This document shows, piece after piece, positions 12,501 to 25,210 of a stretch of DNA of 64,000 bases. Position numbers and translations under genes: made by a program. This DNA is from Hemiscyllium ocellatum (taxonomy: Eukaryota): NCBI RefSeq assembly GCF_020745735.1, contig NC_083427.1, positions 2,139,438-2,203,437 on the forward strand. Reading direction: 5' to 3'. The notes under the pieces are model-generated. The model saw nothing but the letters and a program-made list of their open reading frames with translations. It did no database searches and had not been told where the DNA came from. Numbering within the stretch: the stretch's first letter is position 1; every line of letters starts with the position of its first letter.

Positions 12501-13719
12501 AGACGGTTAAAGTAAGTTCGTTGTAGCCGCATTCTCTAATTAGAAAACGGTAACTGACCGTATTCAACCAATGAGTACCCCTAAGTACGACAGGGGAAGC
12601 AAGGGAAAGAAAAACATTTTTCCCAGATGTTCGGGGCTGTCTGGTATCCTGGTTTGGTGGTTGAGACAGAACTCCTCAAGTTAATTGCATCCAGTTTGGA
12701 TGTGCACCTGAGGTGCTATAACGTGCAGTAATTTTGTATGTTTCTATGTTCTGCAAGGTTTCATTCAAGCTTGACCGTAACTTATTGCCTATGTATGTTT
12801 CTTCAAACCAGTCAATGGAACTTTGACATTGGGATATGGTTTGTAATTAAAATGTATCATTTTGGATAAAGTTGAAAGCCAGCTGCAGTCATGTGAATTA
12901 ATTACAGCAATGAAGTCATGATTCTAAACAGGAAAAATGAGTCATGTGACGTGATTTCTCTTTTGACTAGGTAACAAAGTGAGTCCATGTGCGTTATCTT
13001 TTTGAGTCCCTGGCTTGAAATCGCAAGAGGAAGAGAAACAATATTTATCCACACGTGTAAACTCACGGAACACATAGAAAATTGTAAAACATCACAAGGA
13101 GTTATGCAAATATCAAGTGACAGAGCATACTGTGGTACTTCTGGATTGAGAAACATATATAGTACGCTGTACTGAACAGGCCTTAAATCTTTAAACGAGA
13201 ATTGACGTCATCTCTCCTATCCCCTTGTGTTGCCTTTTTCATGTAATCTTTAATATAAAATTAGCATCTGATTCCGCATTCAGTTAGCCATTTCATGCCT
13301 TTGACTTTTGTGGACAGAACAGTGTAAAATGTATTTCTTTTAGATTGATTTTATTTAATTGTTATTGGTATGAAGACGCAAGATATTAGTTGTTGATCAC
13401 CCAATGCTGTTGTCAGCCTCATAAAGCATTTTCCCCCGAACGTGAAAAGCACATTTTTATGGAACATTAATACATTTTGAAGATACATGGATTCACATAT
13501 CCATAATAGCACAGAAAATACCCTTTGCTCCTCGAATCTGCACCAACATAACTACCATTAAATGTGCGCTAATCACAACTGCCTTCACTTTTCCCATATC
13601 CTTGAATGTTGCGATATTTGAAATACTTATCCAATTTCTTTTTTCAAAGTTTGTAATGTTTCCAAGATCCGTTATCTTCCCACGTGGTGCATTGCAGATA
13701 CACACCACACGCTGAGTGA

Positions 13720-14670
13720 CTAAAGTATTTCTGCTAAATTCACCCTGAACCCTCTGTCCCTTCCCATAAAATTACTCCCTTTTGGTTTTGAACTGGTGCT
13801 CCCTATTTGACCTTGCCATACCTTTCATAATCTTATACACATTAATCATAGCCCCTTCAGTCTTCTCTGCTTTAACGATAACGATCCATATCTATCTAGG
13901 GTCTCCATTTAGCTCAATGTCTCTGTCCAGTTCACATCCTGGTGAATCATCTGTGGATCTCCTCTAGTCCTATCACATCCTTCCTGTCGTGACGTGACCA
14001 GGACTGCACATCATATTCCAATTCTTGCCAGACTAACATCATGTACAAGTCCAACATTACTTTCTTATAGTCCATACCACGACAGATGAAACTAAGTGTC
14101 TCATGATACTCCTTCGTCTTATTTCTTCTTCCAAAGAGCACCATCTCGCACTTATCAGGGATAATTACCATCTGCTGCAGATCTGCCCATTTCAACATCT
14201 TACTATATTTTCAAATAACCCACATGGATCTTCACTATTGACGATTCAAACAAACGCGGTGTCCTCTGCACATTTGATTCATATCACCCGACTTTTTTGT
14301 CTAAATTGTTTATGTATATAACGAACAATAAGGGTCCTCCTCCTGATCCTTGTGATGTGTCGTTGCACTCAAGCCTTCAATTATTTAAACAGCCTTCTCC
14401 CATTGCACTTTGTGGCCTATTGCTGAGGCAGTTTCTGTACGAGCACGCCAAATTTCCCTCAAGTCTACGTACTTTAACCATCTCAATCAAACTCTAGTAA
14501 GGAGTCTTTCAAAAACTTTGCTACAATCCATGCAGAAGTTACGTCAACGAAACTCTCGCTGTCCACAGACTTTATTGCACTTTCAAAACATTCTAAACAA
14601 TATGATAGGCATGATGTCTCTGACAAAGCCATGTTTGCTATTCTATGCCCTCTTTTGCTTGTTCTGACAA
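13720..14670 (-). mobile_element. CR1-like LINE fragment
   Basis: Minus-strand peptide WADLQQM...PDKCEM...LDLYMMLVWQELEYDVQSWS.HDRKDVIGLE, plus upstream RT motifs (KHGFVR). Confidence 0.7.
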
Positions 14671-14858
14671 CTATGCAATCTACTCTGTGATGACAGTCCT
14701 ATGGTAGATCATTAATTCCTTCATTTGAATTCACTCAGTCTGATGACAAATGTGCTCAATATCTCACGATTGCCAGTGCCATGATATTACATATACTTGA
14801 CCTGAAATTTTTACTCAACGTGACTAATTTTGCGTAAATATTCATCAATTAATTGCAG

Positions 14859-15016
14859 ATAACCCAGACATAATGGAATACCCAGGAGACAATGGCATCG
14901 AAGAAGACGAACTAGAAAATGTCGATGGAGATGCCAACAGCACCTTATCCATCATGACTTTCGTCATCCTGTTTATTCTCAGTATGCTATACAGCACATT
15001 TGTAACTGTGCTTAAG
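14859..15016 (+). CDS. IgNAR: IgNAR membrane exon TM1 (acidic spacer + transmembrane helix)
   Basis: Acceptor aattgcag|AT, then phase-1 (D)NPDIMEYPGDNGIEEDELENVDGDANSTLSIMTFVILFILSMLYSTFVTVLK. It contains the conserved antigen-receptor TM motif (TF..LF.LS..YST) and ends at donor AAG|GTAATG. Its 158 nt join in frame to the C5 donor at 6021. Confidence 0.92.
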
Positions 15017-15589
15017 GTAATGATGCATTTTACAGCAGAATGACATTCAGCAAATCTACTACATTCATAGCTGAGATGCGGTTAAGCGGCACATAATAAT
15101 GCATATAAATTTCAAGCAAACAGCTTATCCTCTATAATGAATGATACTGAACTTGGGTGCGTAACTGCCATTTTGAATAAATATCCTCATTAGGACGTTT
15201 GCGCAGAGAAATGCAAACACACGTGATGAAATGTGGACTTAAAGAACAAAAATATGTCAGTAATCAAATAATGCTTAATAGTTCGTGTCGACTCATAAAA
15301 GGACAGACAACGTTAATAAGAAAATAGTTTGTATTTATTTGTACTAAGCTGGACACGGTGAAATATATTGATACCTGTGGTTATAAAGGTAACTGAATAG
15401 ATGGAAAGAAGCTCACAAATAATTGTTTCAAATAATTCAAAATCTCCGTGAAGGAATGGGGAAACCATTTCTTAATGATGGAGCAGTAACAGATCACTGT
15501 GAAAAGATGGGGAAAAAAACATGGACATGAGAGGCGGCTTTACATGTAAAATACAAGATTCGCTGATGACTTTACAGAATAGAAGCAGA

Positions 15590-15780
15590 AAGGTTTAAAA
15601 TTACACCACACCAGGTTGTAGCCCAAGAGGTTTATTTGGAAGCATTAGCTTTTGGACCGCTGCTCCTATGAAAGAGCATTGCTTTGAAAGCTGGTATTTC
15701 CAAATGTACCTGTTGGACTATAAATTAATCTTGTGTGATTTTTAACTTTGTACACCTCCATCCAACACCGGCTCCTTCAC
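15590..15780. mobile_element. Palindromic Penelope-like terminal-repeat remnant of a second subfamily
   Basis: Inverted arms aaaattacaccacaccaggttgtagcccaagaggtttatttggaagcattagc / gctggtatttccaaatgtacctgttggactata...gtgtgattttt around a broken core (CTATGA...GAAAG). Confidence 0.6.
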
Positions 15781-16059
15781 ACAATGCAGAAAGCTTGTTT
15801 GTCCTGATGGTAGAGAAATACATACACAGAACACACAAGAGGAACTTCAAGACTTTGAGTCTGCACCGACCAAACTACTCTGATCCTACTTTCAGCCATT
15901 TGTGTTAAATGTGATGATACTTGAAGTGGTCATCCACGTTCACAGTTAAATATTATAATGTTTCTCGCTTTTGCTACACTCCGAGGCAGTGCACTCCAGA
16001 AGCCCACCACTGCCCGAGTAAATATTGCATAAAATTCATTCTAACACGCACTCCAAAGA

Positions 16060-16975
16060 AAAATGAACAAAGAAAATTTACAGCGCAGGAACAGACCCTT
16101 GGATCCGGCAAGCCTGAGCCGATGTAAATTTGCTTTCTAATTCCTTATCATCTGTGTCCGTCTACTCCCCACCTACTCATACATTTGTGTAGGCGCATCT
16201 TGAATTAATCTACCGTGCCTGCCTCTCCCACCTACCTCTGTTGGCAAAGTCTTCCAAACGCCCACCACCCTCTGTGTGAAGTACCTACCGCGTGTAACCC
16301 CCATAAACTTTCCACTTCTCACCTTGAAAGTACCACCTCTCGTTCTTGAATCATTCACCCTAGGAAAAAGCTTGTCTCTATCCACCCTGTCTGTACCCTT
16401 CATGATTTTGTAAACCTCAATCAGGTCCCTCCTCAAACTCTTTTTTCAAATGAAAATGAACCTGACCTACTCCACCTTTCTTCATAGCATGCACCTTCCA
16501 TACCAGGCAACATCCTCGTAAAACTTCTCTGCACCCTCTGCAAAGCGCACACATCCTTTTGCTAACTTGGCGATCAGAACTGCACACATGTTTCTAAATG
16601 CAGCCGAATCAATGTCTTGAGCACTTTTAACATGACTTGCCAGCTCTTATAATCAATACTCCGTCCAATGAAGGCAAGCATACTATAGCCTTCTTGACCA
16701 CTCTATCCACCTGTGCATCAACCTTCAGTGTACAATGGACCTGCGATCGCAGATTTCTCTGCCCAACAACCTTTCCCAAGGTTCATTGTATATTTCGCTC
16801 TAGAGTTGTTCTTGCCCAAATGCATCATCTCACATTTTTTTGGATTGAAATCCATTTGCCACTTTTCCTCCCAACTCTTCCTTTTCCGTTTATTTTCAAA
16901 CATGTCCCTTGCTTACTGAACCCTCAACTAAAGGAAACAGCATTTTCACACCTACCCTGTCCATGCCACTTATAG
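16060..16975 (-). mobile_element. CR1-like LINE 3' fragment
   Basis: ORF-track peptides MRRDLIEVYKIMKGTDRVDRDKLFPRV..SRTRG and KWQMDFNPKKCEMMHLGKNN are diagnostic of the CR1 ORF2 C-terminus. Confidence 0.85.
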
Positions 16976-17724
16976 TCACTACACCTCAATCACGTTCATA
17001 ATCTGCTTTTTCTGTTGTGAAGAAAGCAATCAGGATGCATATAGTATCTGTTCATATCGAGAGCTCTCCATTTCTGGTTAATCTTCTCCAAACTCCTTCC
17101 AGTTCAGAAATATCCTTCATACAGTTTTCTAACAGTACTGCAGGCAGTAATTCAGCTCTGGTCTCACCAAGATTTTGGTCAGCTTCAACATAACCGTCCT
17201 GGTCTTACATGTATACAATACATTCTGATAAATTCAAGAGCCTGGAATGCCTTCTTGAAATGAAAGTGGCCCTTGACATGCACACAAATTGGAGTAGCCG
17301 ACTTCAACATCTCCAACACCCTGTATTTGAAAAAAGAAAATGGTTTTTCACATCACTCTCTAATATGTTAGCACTAAGTAATACTATTATCTCCCATCCT
17401 TCTGTACTTTGTGACCATTATCATCCTTTTCACCATTATATAACGATGAAGGATGTACCAGTTCAACACTTCGGTGTCATGCATCTCAAGTGTTATCTTG
17501 TTTCACTGCATTTCTCTCAGAACTAATCTCACCCTCTCCGAGTAATTTATCTTGAATAGATATTCACCATGATCACTGCAACTAGCCAGCATCCATTTGA
17601 TGTTTTTAAGCACGACTTCATTCTGGTGATTCTGTGCTATGCAGACTCTATGACTAATGTAATAATAACAGAATATCCAACTCGTTGTGTCTCAAACACT
17701 GCCTTAATCTATCAAACAAATACA

Positions 17725-17865
17725 AATGCAGAAGTTCTGAAGAAAGGCTACTGCACCAACACTGTCAAATGTACTTTCTTTCGACAGATGCTGCCAGACC
17801 CGCGGAGATTTTCCATCAATTCCTCCCTTTCTTTCTGATTTACTGTATCCACAGACGTTTAGTTT
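17725..17865 (+). mobile_element. Degenerate Penelope-like terminal repeat in the TM1-TM2 intron
   Basis: ttctgaagaaaggctactgcacc...acagatgctgccagacc...; the core lacks GAAA. Confidence 0.5.
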
Positions 17866-18852
17866 TTGTTTACATTGATTAAAATGTTTTGACCCAGAAA
17901 ACAAATGAATTCCTGCATGACAGTTGGTTGTTTAGGAAATAGGTGAAAACCTCATTTCACCGTGCACCAGATTAAAATAGGGGAGGTTTCATAGTCTTTT
18001 TTGGAAGTGTTCAAGGGGTATTCAAGAGCCTTATTATAATTTTTAATTTTAATCTTTTGTATTTGAAATAAAGCACACATATATAATGTGTCATCAGTTA
18101 ATTCTTTCAGCTTTGCGAGAACTTGGAAAAGAGATTATCCTGGGATTTCCTGTAGAAATTTTCGAAATTTGATTCTCAACAATTTGTAGTTCTATGCTGC
18201 AGGATGTGCTTTTACAGTTTTCCTTTAACTGACCACTGAAGCATATTGTTGGCACAGCATTACTGAACCAGTGATCACGTTGTCAACTGTTTTCATTGAG
18301 GCCATTTCATGTTGCTGGCAGCATGACGCTGTAGAATGAAAATTAATTCAATCAGCCTAATAACAGGAACTTTTAATTTGCTGATGTTTTGAAATCAAAC
18401 TTAATCTGTCTTTATCAACTGAAAAACAAACCTGACATTTGCCCTCAGGGGCCATGATCTAACTTTATTTGTACTCATTTGATTTGCTAAATCACCAGAT
18501 AATTTGTCTCCTGTGCAACTGAACTTAATTTTCTCTGAAAACATGAATCTATTCTCCATTTGTCTTTCTTACTAGTCTAAATTGCTCTGTGTTCTTTCCA
18601 TACTTGAGGGCATGTCGAACCTGAAAGAATTGACTGATGACACATTTTATATGCGTGCTTTATTTAAAATACAAGAGATTAACATTAAAAATTATAACCT
18701 CGGCGTGATCTTTTGTTTGTAGTTTCCAGATCATATTCCAGATGTCCCGACTTCATATAAATCGTCTGTTTTTGCCTTTTTGCGTATGGTTTAGAATTCG
18801 AAATGTTTTTCTACATTTCTTCTCATAATTATTGCACTTGTTCTCCCTGTAG

Positions 18853-18861
18853 GTGAACTGA
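18853..18861 (+). CDS. IgNAR: IgNAR membrane exon TM2 (cytoplasmic V-N-stop), followed by 3' UTR
   Basis: A polypyrimidine acceptor ttgcacttgttctccctgtag|GTG AAC TGA gives a K-V-N cytoplasmic tail, analogous to KVK of IgM. Candidate AATAAA sites lie at 19623 and 20025. Confidence 0.75.
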   Translation: MN

Positions 18862-21800
18862 CATCCACTATTGAATGTAATTAAATCTAATTTCATTGAA
18901 AGCTTGTGAATGAAGCTCCAGCAGATGCTGATTGCAAATCGCATTGAATCGATTTTTGCTCTCAACCATTTTGACTGCTCCACGGCATCACTTCAGTGTG
19001 TAATCCTACTTACTCTCAACTTCGGACTGGGAACTGCTCGAACATTTTTCATCATTAATGTTTGCAATCACGCTTTTTTTTCAAATATTGATGTTAACGA
19101 AATTCCTTGTAACTGCTTCAGACTGAGGAAATTACACTTTCCCAATTTAATAAGCTGAAGACAAATCTTTGAAAGTTGCCAATTGTTGGTAACATTTTGA
19201 AAATTTGATGTGTATCTAATGTAACTCGACTGTTAGAGATATTTTTGATATGTATTTGTGACTAGTAAAGCGCAACTTTCCGAACAGACATGTGATCAAG
19301 CATAGAATGTTTACCCAAGAGCATTAGATAGATGACAGAAGTTCAAATCAATTTCAGTATGAAAAAATGCATCATCCAAAAATTGTGTTTGAAATGACTT
19401 GATAACAAACCTACAAGCTTGATCGTTCTTCTCCCCACTATTGTTCACTAATAATCTGCCAGCGTGAGATTAAGAATTCCTATGTTTGTTTGTTTTTTAT
19501 TTGCTAAATACTAAGGCTATCAATGCTGAATGTGAAGATTCATTTCGTTTGCTTGAACTAACGAAGGCAATGTTTGAAAATATCTTCAGGATATTTTAAG
19601 ATACAGATACCAGAGAGCACTTAATAAAAATTCATGAGAGTAGCATTCAATTGTATTCCACCTAAACACAATCCCAGGATTACACATTCTTGTAGAAATC
19701 TAATGGGTACTGTGCACTGCCATTCCTGTCAGTAACAACACATATAGGGAAAAGTGTTCCAAATATGATTCCTTTTTCAAACCATTGTTACGAATTCCAT
19801 CAAAATTGTTGTTATAATAGTGGCTGGAAAGGAAATTGACGAAGGGCGATTTTCCAACATACTTTAAAACGATTCGTTATCTCTCTACTGTCAAAGGCAA
19901 AAGAACATCAAATCGACACAAGATGGTCTGCATAATCATAGCTAGAATGCAAATGAAAGACTTCTCTGCTGTTTATCCAGCTGTAAACCTTGCACGTTGC
20001 AATGAAAATGATTAATTATAAGAGAATAAATCTCGTTTTGAGTGGCTCAGAGATTCATTCTTGAAATGAATGGACCATTCCAAACCTTGCAACATCTTTG
20101 TCATTTGCTTGCTCAGTATCTTATACTGTATTCCCACGTGCTTCTGAGAATTTGAATTGACCTCATTGACAAGACTGTCATCCTTATGATTTTCAAATGA
20201 AAAATGGAGTGTCTGAAACAGGAGAAACTTGCACTCAGTTCCACGATCTGTGGAAATGAAATGCTGCCACCAATACAGGTCCCTGTTGTGTTTTCATTTC
20301 GTTGCTACTTTTATATTCTTCAACATAGAGGTGTGAAATGTGCTTGCTATTTTGTGATCCATGTTGATATTCAGTTGTTTTGCTGAAACTCTGGCTGAAA
20401 AACTAACATTTGGTTTCGAAGTTCAATGTTATTCAGTTTGGTCCAATGACTACGTCAATAATTGCCGATGTTTGCTTTATAAATTGTGTTCCTTTTGCAA
20501 GTAAAATATAAAAAAATCAAGTTTTAAATAAACAACCGGTGTTCAGAGCTCTATTCATTTACTTTCAATGTTTCCTGCCGGTAGGAAAGTCAGATCGAAT
20601 GGAAACTGTCTCCTGGGAAGGAGGGAGCATTGACACTACAGCTCTCAATTCCCATCTCCAATTCCTCCTTGCGAGATTATCGTTTTTTAATCTGCTACAA
20701 TCTACGTTACATACGGACTGCACAAAACATGTCTGGATGACAAGTGAATCGAGGGGAATTGGCAGGCGCTGTTTCAACCCATGCTAACGAATGACCTTGT
20801 ACTTGCAGACAGTAGAGAAACGTGGTTCAGAATTTATCACACAACAAAGAAGCGGGATAGAAAGTCATTGAATTAGTGTCACGGATTTTAGCAGTCAGCT
20901 GCATCATAGTCTTCAGCTCTTCATTGTTCATGAAAGACAGAAATAATTATATCTATCTGAATACATTTGGAAGCTCGATACAGTAAAAAAAACAATTATT
21001 GAAAAAAAAGTAATTAGCAGATCTTGATACCTTAGCATTGGATATTACGGCCTAGTGTTTGAAATAATTATTCCAGCTTATGAATGCAATTGGCTCTATC
21101 ATTAGAAGAAGGCAGGGATTTGACATTGTGCAGTGAATGATCCCTGATTTCCCAATATTGAAGGTACAGATCAATAAATTTGGTCCTTTCTGAGATACCA
21201 CTATCTCGGGCCGATATTGAAAATTATTTTTACAATGGCTTTTAAACGATCTTATAAGATGTCACCCCAAAATGTTACTGCAATTTACCGCATTGTAAAT
21301 TTTCAGTGGCCTGAGACACATCGTCGATTTTCAGTGTCCCATCTTGCAATAGCAAGCAAGGGTGAGAGTCCTAAGATCGCTTGGCATCATTACGTAGCTC
21401 ATTCTTAACGCAATCCCTTACTAACTCATATCTGTAATTTAAGACAGACTTCACATTAGATGCTTTCAATGCCCTAAGGTTTACAAAAACAGTTTCATTT
21501 CCTGCATTTCCTGGGCTCTTGTACGAAGCATTAGGAGAGATGAAAATGGTATCAGTCTACAAAATCAAATTTGAGCCAATGATTTACAATAGTTATTGAC
21601 TATGCATTCATTCAAACGTCGTCAACATTATGGGAACAGTTCAAAATCATCAACATTACACATGAAATAGCTTCACTCCTTTTCATATTGTCGAAATATA
21701 TGGGCACAAGTGACATAACATTGGGATTTCGAGAAGTGATTTTAATACCTTACAGAGTCCAAGAACACACTTGCAAAACAATTGAATGGTTAACACTAAA

Positions 21801-22879
21801 TTCAATAGCCTGAAAACAACGAAAAATTTCAAGGAGCAGTGAGGTTGAATCTCTCATACTATGTCCCTGATTTGTGTGATGGTCAGAATATGCTAATCTT
21901 TGTCTGGTTTCACCAATACGCTTCTTACAAATTATACAAGACAAACGAAATCCTGCCAGCATGTTTTCCGTGGATAACCTCTTCCCTCACTTATCGCAGT
22001 CACACGGGCAAATTCAATTGCGTAATACAGAAATGAAACTCAATTGAAAGTTTTCAGCTTTTTATCTCAGAAGATAACTTGAACCCATACTTAATGAATT
22101 TCCCGCAGAAAATTACACAGTGGAGCACGATCAGAAATCAGTGTATGTTTTCCCGTTTTGGTACACTTCTGTAAAGGAGAATGGGTTCATGTCACAGCAT
22201 TTCACGCCACCTAGAGAATAACGCTAGCTATTGCATGTCCGAGGAAAACGAGGCGACATCTCAGATTGGACAGACAATACTTTTGTTCATTTAGATCGCA
22301 AAAAAAGTCTCACACAAAAAAAACGTTTAAGACCTTAATTTTGGGCACCTTGACAACTTCGATAAGACACATTCATCGATTTGAAGTTCCCAGGAACCGC
22401 CACCTTTTGAGAGTTAATGCACAATGTGTGTGACAGTTGTTTCCAAATTCACTCTAGAATGGCCTGTGCATAATTTAAACAATTACTGGCTTATACATGT
22501 ATCCTGCAAAAGAACTGACATGGCAATGTCAAATCTGCTGCTTACAAATATTCACCAATCTAATATGTATAAGAAATCACTACAAATCCATCTAATCTTA
22601 AAAAAGCGCACAGAGACCTTTTATCAAAATTTATGTATTTGAATACTGTTACCCTTGTGCTGCGTTTAGATCATCGAGTTTCAAGACTGACCTACAGGAG
22701 AGGCCTGTACGTGAACGGCTCGTTTATTTTTCTGGAAAATTATATGCATAGAATTTATGTTGATTTAGTCATTGCTAAAGATATTTGTTTTAAATTGTGG
22801 ATGCGAGTTTGTTTTACGTGGTGTAGTGTTTATGGAGTCTTTGGAGAGGCCGATGCTTTGACAGCTCTGCAGTGAGTTG

Positions 22880-24150
22880 CTTTTTAAATCAGAATTTTGA
22901 AAGCTGTCTGCTGGAACATTTCTATGTTCACTTTCAACAACATAGTCTACAAACAAACCAACGGCACACCCATGGGATCCCCGCTATCAGGATTAATAGC
23001 AGAAGCAGTAATGCAAAGACTAGAACAAACAGCCCCACCAACCATCAAACCAAAAATCTGGGTCCACTACGTAGATGACACATTTGTCATCAAAAAACGA
23101 AACAAGATAGAAGAGATATTTAACATCATCAACAACACCCTCACAGGCATAAAGTTCACCAAGGTTTAAGAAACCGACAACAAACGCGCATTCCTGGACG
23201 TCACAGTGGAAAGAAAGGACAGCGGAGAACTACAAACCTGCGTAAACAGAAAACCGACAAACACTGATCAAATACTTAACTACACCAGCAACCATCCCAA
23301 CACACACAAACGAAGCTGTATCAGAACACTATTCCAACGAGCCACCACCCACTGCAGCACAGACGAACTACGCAAAAGAGAGGAGAACCACTTACACAAC
23401 GTATTCAAGAAGAACGGATACTCAAAAAATACAGTTCATAGATTCCTCAAGAACAAACCACGACAAGCAGACCAAACACAGCCAGAAACCCTAAACACTT
23501 TACCATACATCAAAGAAATTTCCAAAATGATAGCCAGACTACTAAGACCCCTCAGAATCCTAATAGCACACTAACACCCACCAACACTCTCAAACAAAAA
23601 CTGACAAATTTGAAAGAACCAATCCATCCCATGGACAAAACCAACGTCATATACAAAATTCCATGCAAGGACTGCCACAAACACTACTTAGGACAAACAG
23701 GAAGAACGTTAGCCACCAGGATGCACGAACACCAGTTATCCTCAAAAAAGACACGATCCTCTTTCCCTCGTAGCCCTACACACGGATGAAAAAAAAACAT
23801 TTCGACTGGGACAACACATCTCTCCTGGGACAGGCTAAGCAAAGGCATGCCAGAGAATTCCTGGAGGCCGAGCACTCCAACCACAACGCCATAAACAAAC
23901 ACATAGATCTAGATGCCTTCTATCAACCCCTCAGAAAACGAACAGGAAATGACATCACCACAAACCCCAGGAACGCCACCCAGGAGAAAGATATAAATGG
24001 AACGCAGGAGACAACAGCTTCGCTTCACTTGGAGGTCGTCACTCATGATGTTACCTAGCTAGGTAATGAAACTTCTGGATATCAAACCTACAGCTCAGCG
24101 AGCAAACCTGCGCCCTAAATCTCAATCTGAGCGACAAACCCTTGCAAACC
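22880..24150 (+). mobile_element. 5'-truncated Penelope-like retroelement (RT + GIY-YIG endonuclease + terminal repeat), inactivated
   Basis: RT motifs YKQTNGTPMGSPLS...YVDDTF, FLDVTV and NYTSNHP; GIY-YIG VIYKIPCKDCHKHYLGQTGRTLATRMHEH; C-terminal REFLEA.HS..AINKH. There are stops at 23167 and 23572 plus frameshifts. The 3' repeat carries a hammerhead-like core at 24042-24075. Confidence 0.92.
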
Positions 24151-24565
24151 TTTGCAAACAAACTCTGAATAATTAATTTACATTTATTTCAATGTTAGGC
24201 GTCTTACAGGTAAAGATGGTGATTTGCAACATTGGCTTGGGACGTCATATGACAAAATTCTGGGCGATGTATGGATAGGTCTGGTAGCTCCATGTTTTGG
24301 TTGTCAAATTTCAGAAATTGATTGGAATCGAGTGTTCATTGATGATGGGACGTCTCATAAATTGAAAGCATTCAATAATGTGATGGCGAGAGTCCAGAGT
24401 CATTATTCTCCAGTTAGAGTGAAATATAACTTCATAGGGTAAGAACACAATGGATGTAAAACATATTGAGTCAATAATAGCAAAACCACATATCTAATAA
24501 AAACAACTGTGTTCTAAAGAACCTTTTAAACAGTGTAAAGAGTGACGGGCCATTATCAGGTAGTG

Positions 24566-24741
24566 GAGAAAGTGAGGTCTGCAGATGCTGGAGATCAGAG
24601 CTGAAAGTGTGTTGCTGGATAAGCGCAGCAGGTCAGGCAGCATCCAAGGGACAGGAGATTCGACGTTTCGGGCACGTCGAATCTCCTGTCCCTTGAATGC
24701 TGCCTGACCTGCTGCACTTTTCCCGCAACACATTTTCAGCT
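24566..24741. mobile_element. Fold-back Penelope-like terminal-repeat insertion
   Basis: Inverted arms meet at gattcgacgtttcgggcacgtcgaatc. TSD CCATT(A/C)TCAGGT(A/G)GTG at 24550-24565 and 24742-24757. Confidence 0.8.
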
Positions 24742-24789
24742 CCATTCTCAGGTGGTGATCAGGAAGGCAAATAGAAGATAAGAGATATC

Positions 24790-25210
24790 CTGAGAAAGTA
24801 AGATTAAGGATAATCCAAAGTTATTCTGTAAGGACATAACGAATAAAGAACAGCTCGACTGAAAGTAAAGCTCATTAAACATTAATGATGTCTTCCTTGT
24901 GTGGAACTTCAGGAGATGGGACAGATATGAAATGAGTGTTAGTCATCAGGTTTTCCCGTGGACGAGAACAATGGAGCCTCGAAAACACAACAAAATAATA
25001 TTTTACAAAACAGAAGAGAAAATCTTGGACGTCTTTGATAATTTCAAATTGGATAAATCTTCAGGACTTAATCTATTGTATCCAGGGACTTTGCGGGAAG
25101 TTAAGCAGGAAACGGAGGGGACCCTTGCAGAAATATTTGTATTGCCGATAAATACAGTTCAGTTACCGAATGACTGTAGAGTAAATAATGTTTTGCCTTT
25201 TTAAAATAAG
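24790..25210 (+). mobile_element. CR1-like LINE fragment
   Basis: Peptide LDVFDNFKLDKSSGLNLLYPGTLREV..E....LAEIF......QLPNDCRVNNVLPF (CR1 RT N-terminus). Confidence 0.75.
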
